A DNA stretch of 64,000 nt, from the NCBI GenBank assembly GCA_041690355.1, contig JAWLHK010000010.1:62001-126000 (forward strand). Direction: 5' to 3'. The notes under the pieces were generated by a model. The model was given only the letters and a program-made list of their open reading frames with translations. It was not told the DNA's origin and searched no databases. This document shows positions 21,609 through 32,457 of the stretch, one piece after another. Positions within the stretch are counted from its first letter, which is position 1. Every line of letters begins with the position of its first letter. The DNA is from a bacterium. GTDB lineage: Bacteria > J088 > JAWLBW01. The position numbers and the translations under genes were made by a program.

Positions 21609-23231
21609 TCAGGCCTCGGGCTCGGCCCGCATCTTTCCCCAGTAACCGACCGCCCGCGTCAGATGATAGACGACACGGTGCAGGAGCGTCACGAGGTTCG
21701 CGAGTTCGAACCCGTCAGTGCTGCTGAGCGTACCGTCCGAAACGGCGCGGAACAGGGCCTGGCGCACCGCCTCGCGCCGGGCGTCGGCCTCGGAAAGCAG
21801 CGTGGCGAGACGCGCCCGGTTCTCTTCGGCGAGAAATTCGGGGCCGGCGTAGGCGTCGAGCACGGCCGTGACCAGATCGAGCATGGGGGCCAGATCGGCC
21901 GCGTGCACGTCGGGCGGGACGCGAATCTGCCGGCGCCTCGTCATCGCCTCGGCGCCGTCCTTCATGGCGTGCGTCAGGTGCTCGAGCACGCGCACCTGGG
22001 CGAAGAGCGGGTCTGCCGTCGCCGCCTGGCGGCGCACGCGCTCGAGAAAGTCGGCCATCTGCGCCGAGAGGTTCGCAATCGCTTCCCGGTAGCGCTCGGC
22101 TTCATCGCTCCACCGCGCGACGTGCGGTTCGCGCACGGTGTGTACGGCGGCCGTGAGTCCGTGCACGACCAGCCCGGCCAGGTGCCGCATTTCCCGATCC
22201 ATCGCTTCGACGGCCGAGCCCGGCAGGTGCAGGACGCTCGCATCGAGAAAGCGCGGTTGCCCCAGGTCTTCGAACGGCGTGCGGAAGAAGCGCTGCAGAA
22301 AACGGGCGGTGCGCGGCGCGAGCGGCGCGAGCATCAGGACGCCGAGCACGTTGAAGACGGTGTGAAAGGCGGCCAGTTCGGCAATCGGATCCCCCAGCCC
22401 CCCGCGCGTCATCCAGAACTGAACGGTCTCAAGCAGCGGAATCAGCAAGACGAACGCCACGCTGCCCGTCCACAGGTTGAACAGCAGGTGCGCCAGCGCC
22501 GCCCGCTTCGCGTTCGGGGTCGCGCCCAGGGTGGCGATGACGGCCGTGGCCGTCGTGCCCACGTTGTGCCCGATGGCCAGGGCGGCGCCGTCGAGCAGCG
22601 AGATCGTGTTCGTGGCCACCGCCGTGAGCGTGAGCGCAAAGGACGCGCTCGACGACTGGGTGACGATGGTCATGATCGTGCCGAGTCCGACGAGCACGAA
22701 CCGGCCGCCCAGGTCGTAAGCGGTGAACGACTCGAACAGCTCCCAGCGGCCCGTTCCGCTCATGCCCGCCTGCATGGTATCGATGCCGGTGAAGAGAAGT
22801 CCGAAGCCGGCCATGGCCAGGCCGGCGCTGCGCACGCGATCGCGGCCGAGCAGGCGCATGGCCGCGCCGAGGCCGACCATGGGCAGCGAGAAGACCGAAG
22901 CGCTGATCTTGAGCCCGAGCAGACTGACCAGCCAGCCCGTGAGCGTCGTGCCGAGATTCGCCCCGTAGAGAATGCCGAGCACCTGCTCGAGTGTGAGCAG
23001 GCCCGCATTCACGAAACCGATGGCGGCCATCGTCGTCGCCGTCGACGACTGCACGGCGGCGGTGAACAGCGTGCCCGTCGCCAGCGCCGAGGGCATGCCG
23101 CGCGTCAGGCTCGACAGCAGCCTTCGCAACGAGGCCCCCGCCATGGCGGTCAGGCCGTCGGTCATGAAAGTCATGCCGAGCAGAAAGAGGCCGATGCCGC
23201 CGAAGATGAGCGTGAACGCTTGCCAGGTCAT
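21609..23231 (-). CDS. Na/Pi cotransporter family protein
   Basis: Repeated QSS(T/S)A and GANLGTT/GHNVGTT motifs; PhoU-like helical C-terminus. Confidence 0.9.
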   Translation of the reverse strand: MTWQAFTLIFGGIGLFLLGMTFMTDGLTAMAGASLRRLLSSLTRGMPSALATGTLFTAAVQSSTATTMAAIGFVNAGLLTLEQVLGILYGANLGTTLTGWLVSLLGLKISASVFSLPMVGLGAAMRLLGRDRVRSAGLAMAGFGLLFTGIDTMQAGMSGTGRWELFESFTAYDLGGRFVLVGLGTIMTIVTQSSSASFALTLTAVATNTISLLDGAALAIGHNVGTTATAVIATLGATPNAKRAALAHLLFNLWTGSVAFVLLIPLLETVQFWMTRGGLGDPIAELAAFHTVFNVLGVLMLAPLAPRTARFLQRFFRTPFEDLGQPRFLDASVLHLPGSAVEAMDREMRHLAGLVVHGLTAAVHTVREPHVARWSDEAERYREAIANLSAQMADFLERVRRQAATADPLFAQVRVLEHLTHAMKDGAEAMTRRRQIRVPPDVHAADLAPMLDLVTAVLDAYAGPEFLAEENRARLATLLSEADARREAVRQALFRAVSDGTLSSTDGFELANLVTLLHRVVYHLTRAVGYWGKMRAEPEA

Positions 23232-23247
23232 GCGGTCTGAGCGTGAC

Positions 23248-23276
23248 AAAAAAAAGGGCCGACGCGAAGTCGGCCC
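23248..23276 (-). terminator. Intrinsic terminator
   Basis: Minus strand gggccgac-ttcgc-gtcggccc followed by T8. Confidence 0.85.
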
Positions 23277-23299
23277 GGGAGCTTGCGCCGGAGCGCAGC

Positions 23300-24268
23300 T
23301 CAGAAATCGACGCGCACGCCTGCCGTCACCGTGCCGTCCGAAAGCACGTCGAGCTCGGCCTGCGGTTCGGGCTGGGGCTGCTGTTCGGCCTGGCGGTCGA
23401 CGCGCACCTGCGAGGCCGAGGTGCCGTTGATGACGGCGTCGATGGCGTTGAAGGCCCAGAAGGCGCCCAGCGTGATGAGGGCGACGTTGCGCTGGGTGGC
23501 CGCAGACTGGGCCGAGTCGTACAGTTCGTTCGATTCTTCGGTCGACGCGGCGTTCAGGTAGGCATCATACTTGTTGTCGCTGACGACATGCTGGGCCACC
23601 GCGAAACCGGCGATACCGAGGGTCAGGCCCGTAAACGTCCACCCCTTGACCGTCTGATCGTTGTACTGCTGTCCCCAGCCGGGGATGAGCAGCGAGCGGA
23701 AGAATGCGTCGCCGCGCGACTTCGTGACGATGTACTGCGAAGACAGGGCGATGGTGTTGGCCTGCGGCACGCGCACCTCGCGGGCGAAGATCACCTTGCC
23801 GCTCCCCACGTCGACGTGCCGCGCCGTGATCGCGAACTGGTCGCCGACCTCGGAGACCGAGCCGACGATCATCGCTTCGGCGCCGAGCAGCTTGCCCACC
23901 TGTTCGGCATTGGAACCTTCGGTGAGGCCGAGCATCGAGAGCTTCAGCTCGTCGAGCACCTGATTGAGCTGGGCGCGCTCGATGATCGTGATGTTCTCCT
24001 TGCCCGTGAGCCGCGTGACGAGGAGCTCGCTGGCGATATCGCCGAGCTTCTTTTCGTGGGCCGTGGGTCCGAGATTCGTGAAGGGCGCGATGGCGACCTT
24101 GACCGGCTTGCCGGCGGGAATCGCCTTCTCAATGAGCGCCGCCAGGTGATCGAGCGCCACGGGCATCTCGGGGGCCACCCGGACGTCGGTCTTGGCCTGC
24201 TGCGCGTGCGCCGCGACCGGAGCGATCAGAAGGGCGAGCATCCCCAACGCGAGAATCTTGTTTTTCAC
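23300..24268 (-). CDS. Secreted CsgG/FlgO-like domain protein with C-terminal DUF5683-like region
   Basis: Signal peptide; IIERAQLNQVLDEL..GKLLGA..IVGSV; RSLLIPGWGQQYN. Confidence 0.75.
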   Translation of the reverse strand: MKNKILALGMLALLIAPVAAHAQQAKTDVRVAPEMPVALDHLAALIEKAIPAGKPVKVAIAPFTNLGPTAHEKKLGDIASELLVTRLTGKENITIIERAQLNQVLDELKLSMLGLTEGSNAEQVGKLLGAEAMIVGSVSEVGDQFAITARHVDVGSGKVIFAREVRVPQANTIALSSQYIVTKSRGDAFFRSLLIPGWGQQYNDQTVKGWTFTGLTLGIAGFAVAQHVVSDNKYDAYLNAASTEESNELYDSAQSAATQRNVALITLGAFWAFNAIDAVINGTSASQVRVDRQAEQQPQPEPQAELDVLSDGTVTAGVRVDF

Positions 24269-24441
24269 GGTCCTCTCCAGACAAAAAGACACGAAAACCC
24301 GCAACTTGCCGGGCGGTTTCTTGGAAATCGTACTATAGACGATCCGGCCCGCCCGCCGCAAGGATCCAGATCACACTTATGGAAAAGGCCTTTCCCCCGG
24401 AGGAGAAAGGCCTGTACTTTCCGTGTGTTACCGAATATCTG

Positions 24442-25938
24442 TCAGGGCTTCTGCAGCGCGACGAAGTACTGATTGTCTTCGCGTTTGACGAGCAGCCGGA
24501 TGATTTCTCCCGACTTCGTCTTGCGCACCCGATCGATGAACGAGCGCACGGTCTGAATCGGCTCGCCGTTCATCTGCAGGATGATGTCGCCGCTCTGCAT
24601 CCCCTTCTGCTCGGCCAGGCTCCCCGGCTCGACGCCGGCCACCAGCGCTCCCTTGTCGACACCGAACTGGCGTGCGAGCTCGGGCGTAAGCTCCTGAAGC
24701 TGGAGCCCGAGCCTCCCTTCTTCGCTCTCGGCGTCGGGGGGGCCGGGTCGCTTGGCTTCGCCGTCGTCGAGCTGCTCGATCCGGATCTCGACGTTGCGGC
24801 GCTTACCGTCGCGCAGCACGACGAGCTCGACCTCGGTTCCCGGCGTCGTGTTGGCCACCAGGGCCGGCAGATCGCTGTGGTGCCGAATCGGGCGGTCGCC
24901 GTACTGGAGGATGATGTCTCCCTGCTTCAGGCCCGCCTTGGATGCCGGGCTCTTCGGCAGGACCTTCGAAACCAGCGCTCCTTCGGCGCGCTGCAGGCCG
25001 TAGCTCTTCTGCAGGTCGGGATCGATGTGCTGGATGAGCACGCCGATCCAGCCGCGCGTGACCTTGCCGCTTTCCTGCAGCTGCCGGGCCACGTTTCTGG
25101 CGATGTTGATGGGAATCGCGAACCCGATGCCCGCGCTCTCGCCCGTCTGCGAGAAGATGGCCGTGTTGATGCCGATGACCTTGCCGCTCGTGTTGATGAG
25201 CGGCCCGCCCGAATTTCCGGGATTGATGCTGGCGTCGGTCTGGATGAAGTCGTCGTACGGGCCGGCGCCGATGACGCGCCCCTTGGCGCTGATGATGCCG
25301 GCCGTGACCGTGTGCTGCAGGCCGAAGGGATTACCGATGGCGAGCACCCAGTCGCCAATCTCCATGTCGCCGCTGTCGCCGAGCGGCAGGACGTAGAGAT
25401 CTTCTTTCGGCTCAATCTTGATGAGCGCGAGGTCGGTCTTGTCGTCCTTGCCCACGACCTTGGCCGTGTACTCGGTTTCGTTGGCGAGCGTCACGATGAT
25501 CTCGTCGGCCGCCCCCACGACGTGGTTGTTCGTGAGGATGTAGCCGCGCTTGTCGATGACGAAGCCCGAACCGAGGGAGTGCTGCTTGAACTCGCGCGGC
25601 TGCCCCTGGAAGAACCGGTTGAAGAAGTCTTCGAACGGATCCTGGCCGCGCGGGCCCCCCCGGGGTCCCCGGGCGAAGGGCGAGCGAACGACTTTCGTGG
25701 TGCTGATGTTCACGACCCCCGGCATGAGATCCCTGGCCAGACGACGGAAGTCGGGCAGCCGCACCATGGGGGCCTCGGCGGGCTCTTCCTGGGCAGAACC
25801 CTTGCCGGCCCGCTCGTTCTTCGTCGACTGGGCCGTGCTGTGCGGCGTCAGGTCGAGGCAGCTGGCGATGATGAGGCCGCCCATGAGAAAGAGCACGGCC
25901 GTGAGCACAAGAGTCGGCAACGAATAGGACTTGCGCAT
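24442..25938 (-). CDS. HtrA/DegP/DegQ serine protease with two PDZ domains
   Basis: GSGF, TNNHVV, DLAL and QTDASINPGNSGGPL. Confidence 0.96.
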   Translation of the reverse strand: MRKSYSLPTLVLTAVLFLMGGLIIASCLDLTPHSTAQSTKNERAGKGSAQEEPAEAPMVRLPDFRRLARDLMPGVVNISTTKVVRSPFARGPRGGPRGQDPFEDFFNRFFQGQPREFKQHSLGSGFVIDKRGYILTNNHVVGAADEIIVTLANETEYTAKVVGKDDKTDLALIKIEPKEDLYVLPLGDSGDMEIGDWVLAIGNPFGLQHTVTAGIISAKGRVIGAGPYDDFIQTDASINPGNSGGPLINTSGKVIGINTAIFSQTGESAGIGFAIPINIARNVARQLQESGKVTRGWIGVLIQHIDPDLQKSYGLQRAEGALVSKVLPKSPASKAGLKQGDIILQYGDRPIRHHSDLPALVANTTPGTEVELVVLRDGKRRNVEIRIEQLDDGEAKRPGPPDAESEEGRLGLQLQELTPELARQFGVDKGALVAGVEPGSLAEQKGMQSGDIILQMNGEPIQTVRSFIDRVRKTKSGEIIRLLVKREDNQYFVALQKP

Positions 25939-25963
25939 GGAACCTCCGAAAGACGCGCCGCGC

Positions 25964-26521
25964 TTACCGACGTCGCTGGACGTAGTGGATGCGCAGCGTA
26001 TAGAGCAGCTGGTCGAGAATCTGCGATTCTTCGAGCGACAGGTTGCCCTTGGTTTTCTCCTGCAGGGTACCGAGCAGATCGATGAAGAGGCCCGCCAGCG
26101 GATAGTTGGGCTGCATGGCCCGGCCGGTCGGATCCGGTTCCCCCAGATACATCGAGACCTGCTGGGCGAGAAACTCGATGAGGGTCGTGATGTCGGCCGG
26201 CGGCAGCCCCGCGGCGGCCTGCTCGGCCCGCCGCTGCGCCGCCTCTTTGCGGCTCTGCTCGGTGTCTGCCTTCGGGGGTTCCGATGCAGGTTGCGTGCCA
26301 GCCTGCGTACCGGCCTGGGGGCCCGGCGGGGGCGCCGTGGGGCCCGCCTGGGCGGCGGCAGCGGCCTCGGGCTGGGGGGGCGGCGGTTCGACGGGGGGCG
26401 CGCCCGCCGGCTTCACTTCAGAGGGGGCGGCGTCGAGGTTTTCGCGGATCTCGTCCCCTTCCTGCACGAAACGACGGCGATCGACCACCTTGATGACCGG
26501 TTCATTCTCTTCGGCACTCAT
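25964..26521 (-). CDS. DUF1844-like protein
   Basis: KVVDRRRF N-terminus; IDLLGTLQEKTKGNLS.EE C-terminus. Confidence 0.8.
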   Translation of the reverse strand: MSAEENEPVIKVVDRRRFVQEGDEIRENLDAAPSEVKPAGAPPVEPPPPQPEAAAAAQAGPTAPPPGPQAGTQAGTQPASEPPKADTEQSRKEAAQRRAEQAAAGLPPADITTLIEFLAQQVSMYLGEPDPTGRAMQPNYPLAGLFIDLLGTLQEKTKGNLSLEESQILDQLLYTLRIHYVQRRR

Positions 26522-26693
26522 GCACTGCCTCCACAGAGGAACAAAAGAAAAACGGGGTAGCCGCAGGGGCGCCCCCGTACAAACATAAGACCGAAGGCCG
26601 GGTTTGTCAAATGGTCGTCCGGTCGGCAAGTCCCCGGACTACGGGCGGCATCGGGGGTGAAACTCCGGCGCCGGCCCGCGCCCGGCCTGTTGC

Positions 26694-28964
26694 TTAAACC
26701 GTCACCCGATTGCGTTTTTCAACAACCAGCTCGCCCCCCTTGACGTCGAGGTAGAAGCCGTCGGTCTCGTTCCAGACGAGCGTCATGGGAATCTTGACCA
26801 GCTCGTCCATGCGCCGCTTGAGAAAGCGTGCGCCGTACTTGAAGCTGAAGCCCGCCTCGGCCAGATGGCGCAGGGCCTCGTCGGTATACTCGAAGTCCTT
26901 GCCCTGCTCGCGCACGGTCTCCTGGATACGTCCGAGGTGCAGCCGCGTGATTTCGAGCACCTGCTCTTCGGTCAGCGGGTCGAAGACGACCACTTCGTCG
27001 ATGCGGTTGATGAACTCGGGGGTGAAGTGGTTCTCGACCTCGCGCATGATTGCCTTGTGCAGCTCGTCGAGCGCCCGCCCCTCGTTGAGAAACCCCATCG
27101 GCTTGGCGTACTTCTTGAACTCGTCGGCCCCCAGGTTGCTCGTGAGGATGATGATCGAGTCGCTGAAGTAGACCTTCTTGCCGCGCCCGTCGGTGACCCA
27201 GCCTTCGTCGAAGACCTGGAGAAACAGGTTGATGACGTTCGAGTTGGCCTTTTCGATTTCGTCGAGCAAAACCACCGTGCTCGGGTTCTCGCGGATGGCG
27301 TTCGTCAGGATACCCCCGCGCTCGCTCCCCACGATGCCGCGCGGCATGCCGATGAGCTTGTCGATGCCCACCGTCGAGTCCTTGTACTCGGACATGTCGA
27401 TGCGCACCATCTTCTTCTCGTCGCCGTAGAGAAACTGGGCGGCCGCCTTGGCGAGCTCGGTCTTGCCGACCCCCGTGGGTCCCAGGAAGAGCAGGACGCC
27501 GTCGGGCCGGTCGAAGTTCTCCTTGAGCGGACCCTTGTTCAGGCGCAGGCGGCGCGAGACGGCCTCGATGGCCCGCCGCTGCCCGATGACCCGCTCGGCC
27601 AGCACCTTCTCGATGTCGGCGAAGCGCTCGTTCGTGTCGCGGAAGACCATGTCGAGCGGGATCTTGCTCTCTTCGCTGATGACCTGCAGCACCTCGCGGG
27701 CCGACACGTTGCCCATCGGGTTGGCGATCTCGACCTTGACCGAAGCCGTGTCGAGCCAGCCGATGGCCTTGTCGGGCAGACGCAGGCCGCGGTTGTAGCG
27801 CTTGCTCATCTCGAGCGCCGTTTCGATGGCCTCGTCGCTGAGCGTGATCGAATAGTTCCGCTCCAGGCGTGGGCGTACCCCCAAGAGGATGTGGCGCGTC
27901 TGCTCGATCGACGGCTCGTCGGCCACGACCGTGCGGAAGCGCCGGGCGAGGGCCTCGTCTTCGGCGATGAACTGTTTGTATTCGGTGTTCGTCGTCGCGC
28001 CGATCATCTGGATCTCGCCGCGGGCCAGCGAGCTCTTGAAGATGTTGGCCGCGTCGGAGGGCACCCCCATGGCGCTGCCGGCGCCGATGAGCGAGTGGGC
28101 CTCGTCGACGAAGACGATCAGGTTCTTGCGCTCCTTGAGCTCCTTGATAATCTTCTCGACGCGGTCTTCGAACATGCCGCGGAACATCGTGCCGGCGACG
28201 AGGGCGTTCATCTGCAGATTGATGATCTGGCACTCGCGCAGGCGGTACGGCAGCGACTCGGGCTTGTACTCGATGCGCCGGGCGAGCCCTTCGACCAGGG
28301 CCGTCTTGCCGACCCCGGGCTCACCGATGATCATGACGGAGTTCGAGCGTTCGCGGTGCGAGAGAATCTCGACCATCCGGTCAAGCTCGGTCTCGCGCCC
28401 GAAGATCTCGGGGACCTTGTCTTCGGCCGCCAGCTTGTTCAGGTTGACGGCGAACTGATTGATGTACGGCGGCAGCTCGTACCGCTTCTTGAGCTCGCGC
28501 TCGCGTTCTTCGCGGCGGCGGGCCAGAATCGTGATTTCGTCGAGCGTCGTCTGCGGGTCGACCCCGAGCTCGCGCATGATTTCGACGGGGATGCTGTCGT
28601 CGACCATGAAGATGGCGGCGAAGACGTCGATGGTCGAGATCAGCTGCCGCCCGCTGTTCTGCGCCCGGCCCCACGAGGCCTGCAGCAGATTACGGGTGGC
28701 GGTCGGGATCTTCATCCCCCCGCCGAGATACTGTTTGGAAACGCTCAGCCGCTCCTTGAGCAGCGAGAGCACGGCGTTCGGATCGACGCCGAGCTCGAAC
28801 ATGACCTCTTTGTAGAACTGGTTCTCGGTCTTGATGACCGAAAGAAACAGATGCTCGACCCCGAGGTAGTAATGTTGCCGGCGTTGACTTTCTTCGATGG
28901 CGTAAGCGACAAGCTCCTGTGCCTTTTCGCTCAAGCGATCCCGGTAATGCGCTAAATCAATCAT
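26694..28964 (-). CDS. Hsp100/Clp AAA+ ATPase (ClpA/ClpC-like, two NBDs, no M domain)
   Basis: Clp N domain, GEPGVGKT, GPTGVGKT, DEIEKA and PEFINRID; MGF loop. Confidence 0.93.
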   Translation of the reverse strand: MIDLAHYRDRLSEKAQELVAYAIEESQRRQHYYLGVEHLFLSVIKTENQFYKEVMFELGVDPNAVLSLLKERLSVSKQYLGGGMKIPTATRNLLQASWGRAQNSGRQLISTIDVFAAIFMVDDSIPVEIMRELGVDPQTTLDEITILARRREERERELKKRYELPPYINQFAVNLNKLAAEDKVPEIFGRETELDRMVEILSHRERSNSVMIIGEPGVGKTALVEGLARRIEYKPESLPYRLRECQIINLQMNALVAGTMFRGMFEDRVEKIIKELKERKNLIVFVDEAHSLIGAGSAMGVPSDAANIFKSSLARGEIQMIGATTNTEYKQFIAEDEALARRFRTVVADEPSIEQTRHILLGVRPRLERNYSITLSDEAIETALEMSKRYNRGLRLPDKAIGWLDTASVKVEIANPMGNVSAREVLQVISEESKIPLDMVFRDTNERFADIEKVLAERVIGQRRAIEAVSRRLRLNKGPLKENFDRPDGVLLFLGPTGVGKTELAKAAAQFLYGDEKKMVRIDMSEYKDSTVGIDKLIGMPRGIVGSERGGILTNAIRENPSTVVLLDEIEKANSNVINLFLQVFDEGWVTDGRGKKVYFSDSIIILTSNLGADEFKKYAKPMGFLNEGRALDELHKAIMREVENHFTPEFINRIDEVVVFDPLTEEQVLEITRLHLGRIQETVREQGKDFEYTDEALRHLAEAGFSFKYGARFLKRRMDELVKIPMTLVWNETDGFYLDVKGGELVVEKRNRVTV

Positions 28965-29405
28965 GGCTGACCCCGCTACCCTGTGTCACTTCCTGGATTC
29001 CGCTTCGAAACCTGTCGCAAAGCTGGATTCTGTGCGGCTTTCCGGCATCGCGACCGACGCTCGAGCCCGTCGACTACGACACCTAAAGTATAGCACACGC
29101 TCCTGACTTGCTGACCCGATTCCGCCCTCGATCAGATAGGCACCCTCGGCCCGCGAGGATGCAAACCGTGTTTCATGTTCGATGTTCCGCTCACCCCGAG
29201 GATGACGCAGCTATGACGCGGCCTGGCATCCCCCGCTCTGGAAGCCCCTTGCCTATGGTTTCCATCGTAGCACCCTTCTCTCTCCCGGTGGAGGATGGGT
29301 GGCCTGCGAGCGAGCGACGTGGGTAGACGGACTTGTATACCGGTTGGTGACCCGTGTTTGATCCGCGTTCTTGCGCTTCTGCAGAGCGAGCGCTACCGTA
29401 TTCCG

Positions 29406-31172
29406 ATGGCCGTACGATCTCTTCGCCTGGCCCTCGTGCAGATGAACAGCACGGTGGGCGCGCTTGCCGAGAATGCCGAACGTATCGGCGATGCGCTCGC
29501 CTTCGCCCGCGCGCGCAAGGCCGAGGTCGTGGTCTTTCCCGAGCTCGCGCTCTGCGGGTATCCGCCCGAAGATCTGCTCCTCGCCCCCCGGTTCCTTCGC
29601 GACTGCCGGCGCGCGCTCGAACGGCTGGTTCCGCAGACGCGCGGCCTGACGGCCATCATCGGCTTCCCCGAATGGGACGAAGATCCTTATAATGCCGCGG
29701 CCGTTCTCCATGACGGGAGTCTGGTCGCCACGGTGCGCAAGCGCCTTCTGCCGACCTACGGCGTCTTCGACGAAGATCGCTACTTCCGCCCCGGCGACCG
29801 GGCGACCGTGATCGACCGCCGCGGCATCCGCCTGGGAATTTCCATCTGCGAAGACATCTGGTTCCCCGAGGGACCGCCGGCGCTGCAGGCGCTGCACGGC
29901 GACGCCGAGATCCTCGTCAATCTCTCGGCGAGTCCCTACGAACACGGCAAGCGGTCGCGCCGGCGGCACATGCTCGAGACGCGCGCGGCCGATTCCGCCG
30001 CCATGGTCGCCTACGTCAACGCCGTGGGGGGCCAGGACGAGCTCGTCTTTGACGGGGGGAGCCTCGTCTGCGATGCGCACGGCCGGACGCTGGTCGAAGC
30101 GGCGGCCTTCGAAGAGGGAATTCTCGTGCACGACTGCGTCGTCGACGGTGTGCAGGGGACGCGCCTGCGCGATACCCGCCGCCGCAAGGCCCGCGACCTC
30201 GAGCGCCCCGGCGAGGGGAGCGCGCTCGATCTGCACCAGTACATGCTGAACGAACCGGGACGTTCCCCGGCCCGGGGCGGCAAGAGCGCGTGGCACGAAG
30301 TTCCGCCGGCCGCGCCGCAGAGCGACGAAGCCGAGATCTATGCGGCCCTCGTCACCGGCCTGCGCGACTACGTGAACAAGAACGGATTCGAGAGCGTGCT
30401 CATCGGCCTGAGCGGCGGCATCGACTCGGCCCTCACGGCGGTCGTCGCCGTCGACGCGCTGGGGGCTAAGCGGGTGCACGGCATGACGCTCCCCAGCCGC
30501 TTCTCAAGCACGGGAACGCGATCGGACGCCCTCGCCCTGGCGGCGAACCTGGGCATCCCCTGCCCCGAGGTGGCCATCGAGCCGGTGTTCGAGACGGCGC
30601 TCGATTCGCTGAAGCCGATCTTCCGGCGCAAGGCGTGGAACGAGGCCGAAGAGAATCTGCAGGCGCGCATCCGCGGACTGCTGCTCATGGCGGCGTCGAA
30701 CAAATTCGGTCATCTCGTGCTCACCACCGGCAACAAGAGCGAGCTCAGCGTGGGCTACGCGACGCTGTACGGCGACATGGCCGGCGGCTTCAACGTGCTC
30801 AAGGACGTCTTCAAGACGACCGTGTTCCGCCTGTGCGCATGGCGCAATTCCGTCTCGCCGGTCATTCCCGCGTCGATCCTCACGCGCCCCCCGTCGGCGG
30901 AACTGCGCGCCAACCAGACCGACCAGGATTCGCTACCCCCCTACGACGTGCTCGACGGCATCCTCAAGGCCTACATTGAAGAGGACGTGGGGCTCGACGA
31001 AATTCTCCTGCGCGGATACGACCGGGCCACCGTCGAGCGCGTGCTGCGCCTCGTCGATCGCATGGAGTACAAGCGCCGCCAGGCCGCACCGGGGATCAAG
31101 ATCACGAACCGCGCCTTCGGCCGCGACCGCCGGCTCCCCATCACGAACCGTTATCGCCCGGGTGGGGAATGA
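29406..31172 (+). CDS. nadE: Glutamine-dependent NAD+ synthetase
   Basis: Nitrilase-like domain (FPEL, ICEDIW) plus SGGIDS, ENLQARIRG, TGNKSE and YKRRQ. Confidence 0.97.
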   Translation: MAVRSLRLALVQMNSTVGALAENAERIGDALAFARARKAEVVVFPELALCGYPPEDLLLAPRFLRDCRRALERLVPQTRGLTAIIGFPEWDEDPYNAAAVLHDGSLVATVRKRLLPTYGVFDEDRYFRPGDRATVIDRRGIRLGISICEDIWFPEGPPALQALHGDAEILVNLSASPYEHGKRSRRRHMLETRAADSAAMVAYVNAVGGQDELVFDGGSLVCDAHGRTLVEAAAFEEGILVHDCVVDGVQGTRLRDTRRRKARDLERPGEGSALDLHQYMLNEPGRSPARGGKSAWHEVPPAAPQSDEAEIYAALVTGLRDYVNKNGFESVLIGLSGGIDSALTAVVAVDALGAKRVHGMTLPSRFSSTGTRSDALALAANLGIPCPEVAIEPVFETALDSLKPIFRRKAWNEAEENLQARIRGLLLMAASNKFGHLVLTTGNKSELSVGYATLYGDMAGGFNVLKDVFKTTVFRLCAWRNSVSPVIPASILTRPPSAELRANQTDQDSLPPYDVLDGILKAYIEEDVGLDEILLRGYDRATVERVLRLVDRMEYKRRQAAPGIKITNRAFGRDRRLPITNRYRPGGE

Positions 31173-31807
31173 CGCGCGCTTCGCTGCTGGCGCTGCTTCT
31201 GTTTTCCGCCTGCGACTATGCGACGCAGGAGAACGTCGAGCGGCTGGCGCGCGACGTCGACGGCGTGAAGTCGACCCAGCGCGTGCTCGAGACGAAGGTC
31301 GACTCGGCCGTCCAGCAGAACCAGGCGCTGCAGACGAGTGTTTCGGCGATGGGGAGCGGCTTCAACGTGCTCACGCAGTCGATGGTCGACCAGGGCGGCC
31401 GCGTCGAAACCCTCGAAGCGCGCAGCGTGGCGCTCACCCGCGATCTGAGCCAGGTGCGCAAGGCGGTCGACCGCAGCGGCGGTTCCCCCAGCCGCGGCGC
31501 CGAGCCCGATCGCGTCGGGACTTATCTCGGATCCCGCGTCGACGTCATGACGCTCACCGAAGAGCCGGTGCGCATGCAGTGGTGCGAAGCCGCCGAGGGG
31601 ACGCAGGGTTATCTCGTGCCGGTCGGCGTGGAGCCGGATTACCGCACGTTGCGCTGCTGGCGCTTCGGCAGCGTGGCCATCTTCCGTGAAGAATCGCCCC
31701 AGGGGCCCATCGTGCGCTGCCTGCGCGACATCACGGTCACCGACGGCGCCCTCGAAGCGCTGGACTGCAAGGACTCGGGCGTCTACTACCGCATGGGGCT
31801 GCGGTGA
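31169..31807 (+). CDS. Hypothetical lipoprotein with coiled-coil N-terminus
   Basis: Lipobox FSAC; ATGA overlap with nadE. Confidence 0.7.
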   Translation: MTRASLLALLLFSACDYATQENVERLARDVDGVKSTQRVLETKVDSAVQQNQALQTSVSAMGSGFNVLTQSMVDQGGRVETLEARSVALTRDLSQVRKAVDRSGGSPSRGAEPDRVGTYLGSRVDVMTLTEEPVRMQWCEAAEGTQGYLVPVGVEPDYRTLRCWRFGSVAIFREESPQGPIVRCLRDITVTDGALEALDCKDSGVYYRMGLR

Positions 31808-31822
31808 CCGGGCGCCGCGGGC

Positions 31823-31853
31823 GCCATTCCTGATTCCTGATTCTTGATTCTTG
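31823..31853 (+). repeat. ATTC(C/T)TG heptamer array
   Basis: gcc attcctg attcctg attcttg attcttg. Confidence 0.9.
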
Positions 31854-31884
31854 AGGAGGAACGGACCGGAAAGGGCCAGGCAGG

Positions 31885-32457
31885 AAGGACTATGACCCCG
31901 AGACGGGTCGATATCTGTCGCTGGATCCCATGCGGGAAGAAGACTACGGATATGCAGCAAGCAATCCTCTGACTAAATTCGACCCGTTAGGGGAGGATAT
32001 TTGGATCGAAGGTCCTTCTGGTTGGGAACCCGGTTTCCATAGAAGTGTAAATGTTGGCGATCCAAATGGTGACTATACCGGGTTCAGCTTCGCTCTCATT
32101 CCTACGGTTGGGAACTTTCCATACACTGGCTCAGCCTATGAGGACAAATCCAAGGGCGGGCAAATAGTTGCTTATCTTAAAACTACAAAGCAGCAAGATA
32201 TCGAAGCCTTCCTTCTGATTAGCGAATACATAGGCAAGCATGGTAAAGGCTACTATTCGCCTTGGAACAATTGCATCACGTTTTCAAATGACCTGTTTGA
32301 TGTTCTAAAAAATCACTTCGGCGTACAGGAGACTACCCCACCCACGAGAATCGTTGCGGAGGCTAAGCACCCTGTTGAGAAAGCTTACAGAGCAATTAAA
32401 AGGAAGGTAAATGAGTTCAGGGATTGGGCGAACAAACGCAATGAGGCCGAAAAATGA
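31885..32457 (+). pseudogene. Orphan Rhs C-terminal toxin tip (Rhs core end plus toxin domain)
   Basis: In-frame DYDPETGRYLSLDP(M)REEDYGYAASNPLTKFDPLG; in-frame TGA at 31852-31854 upstream; AT-rich after DPLG; may be translated from ATG 31930. Confidence 0.85.
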
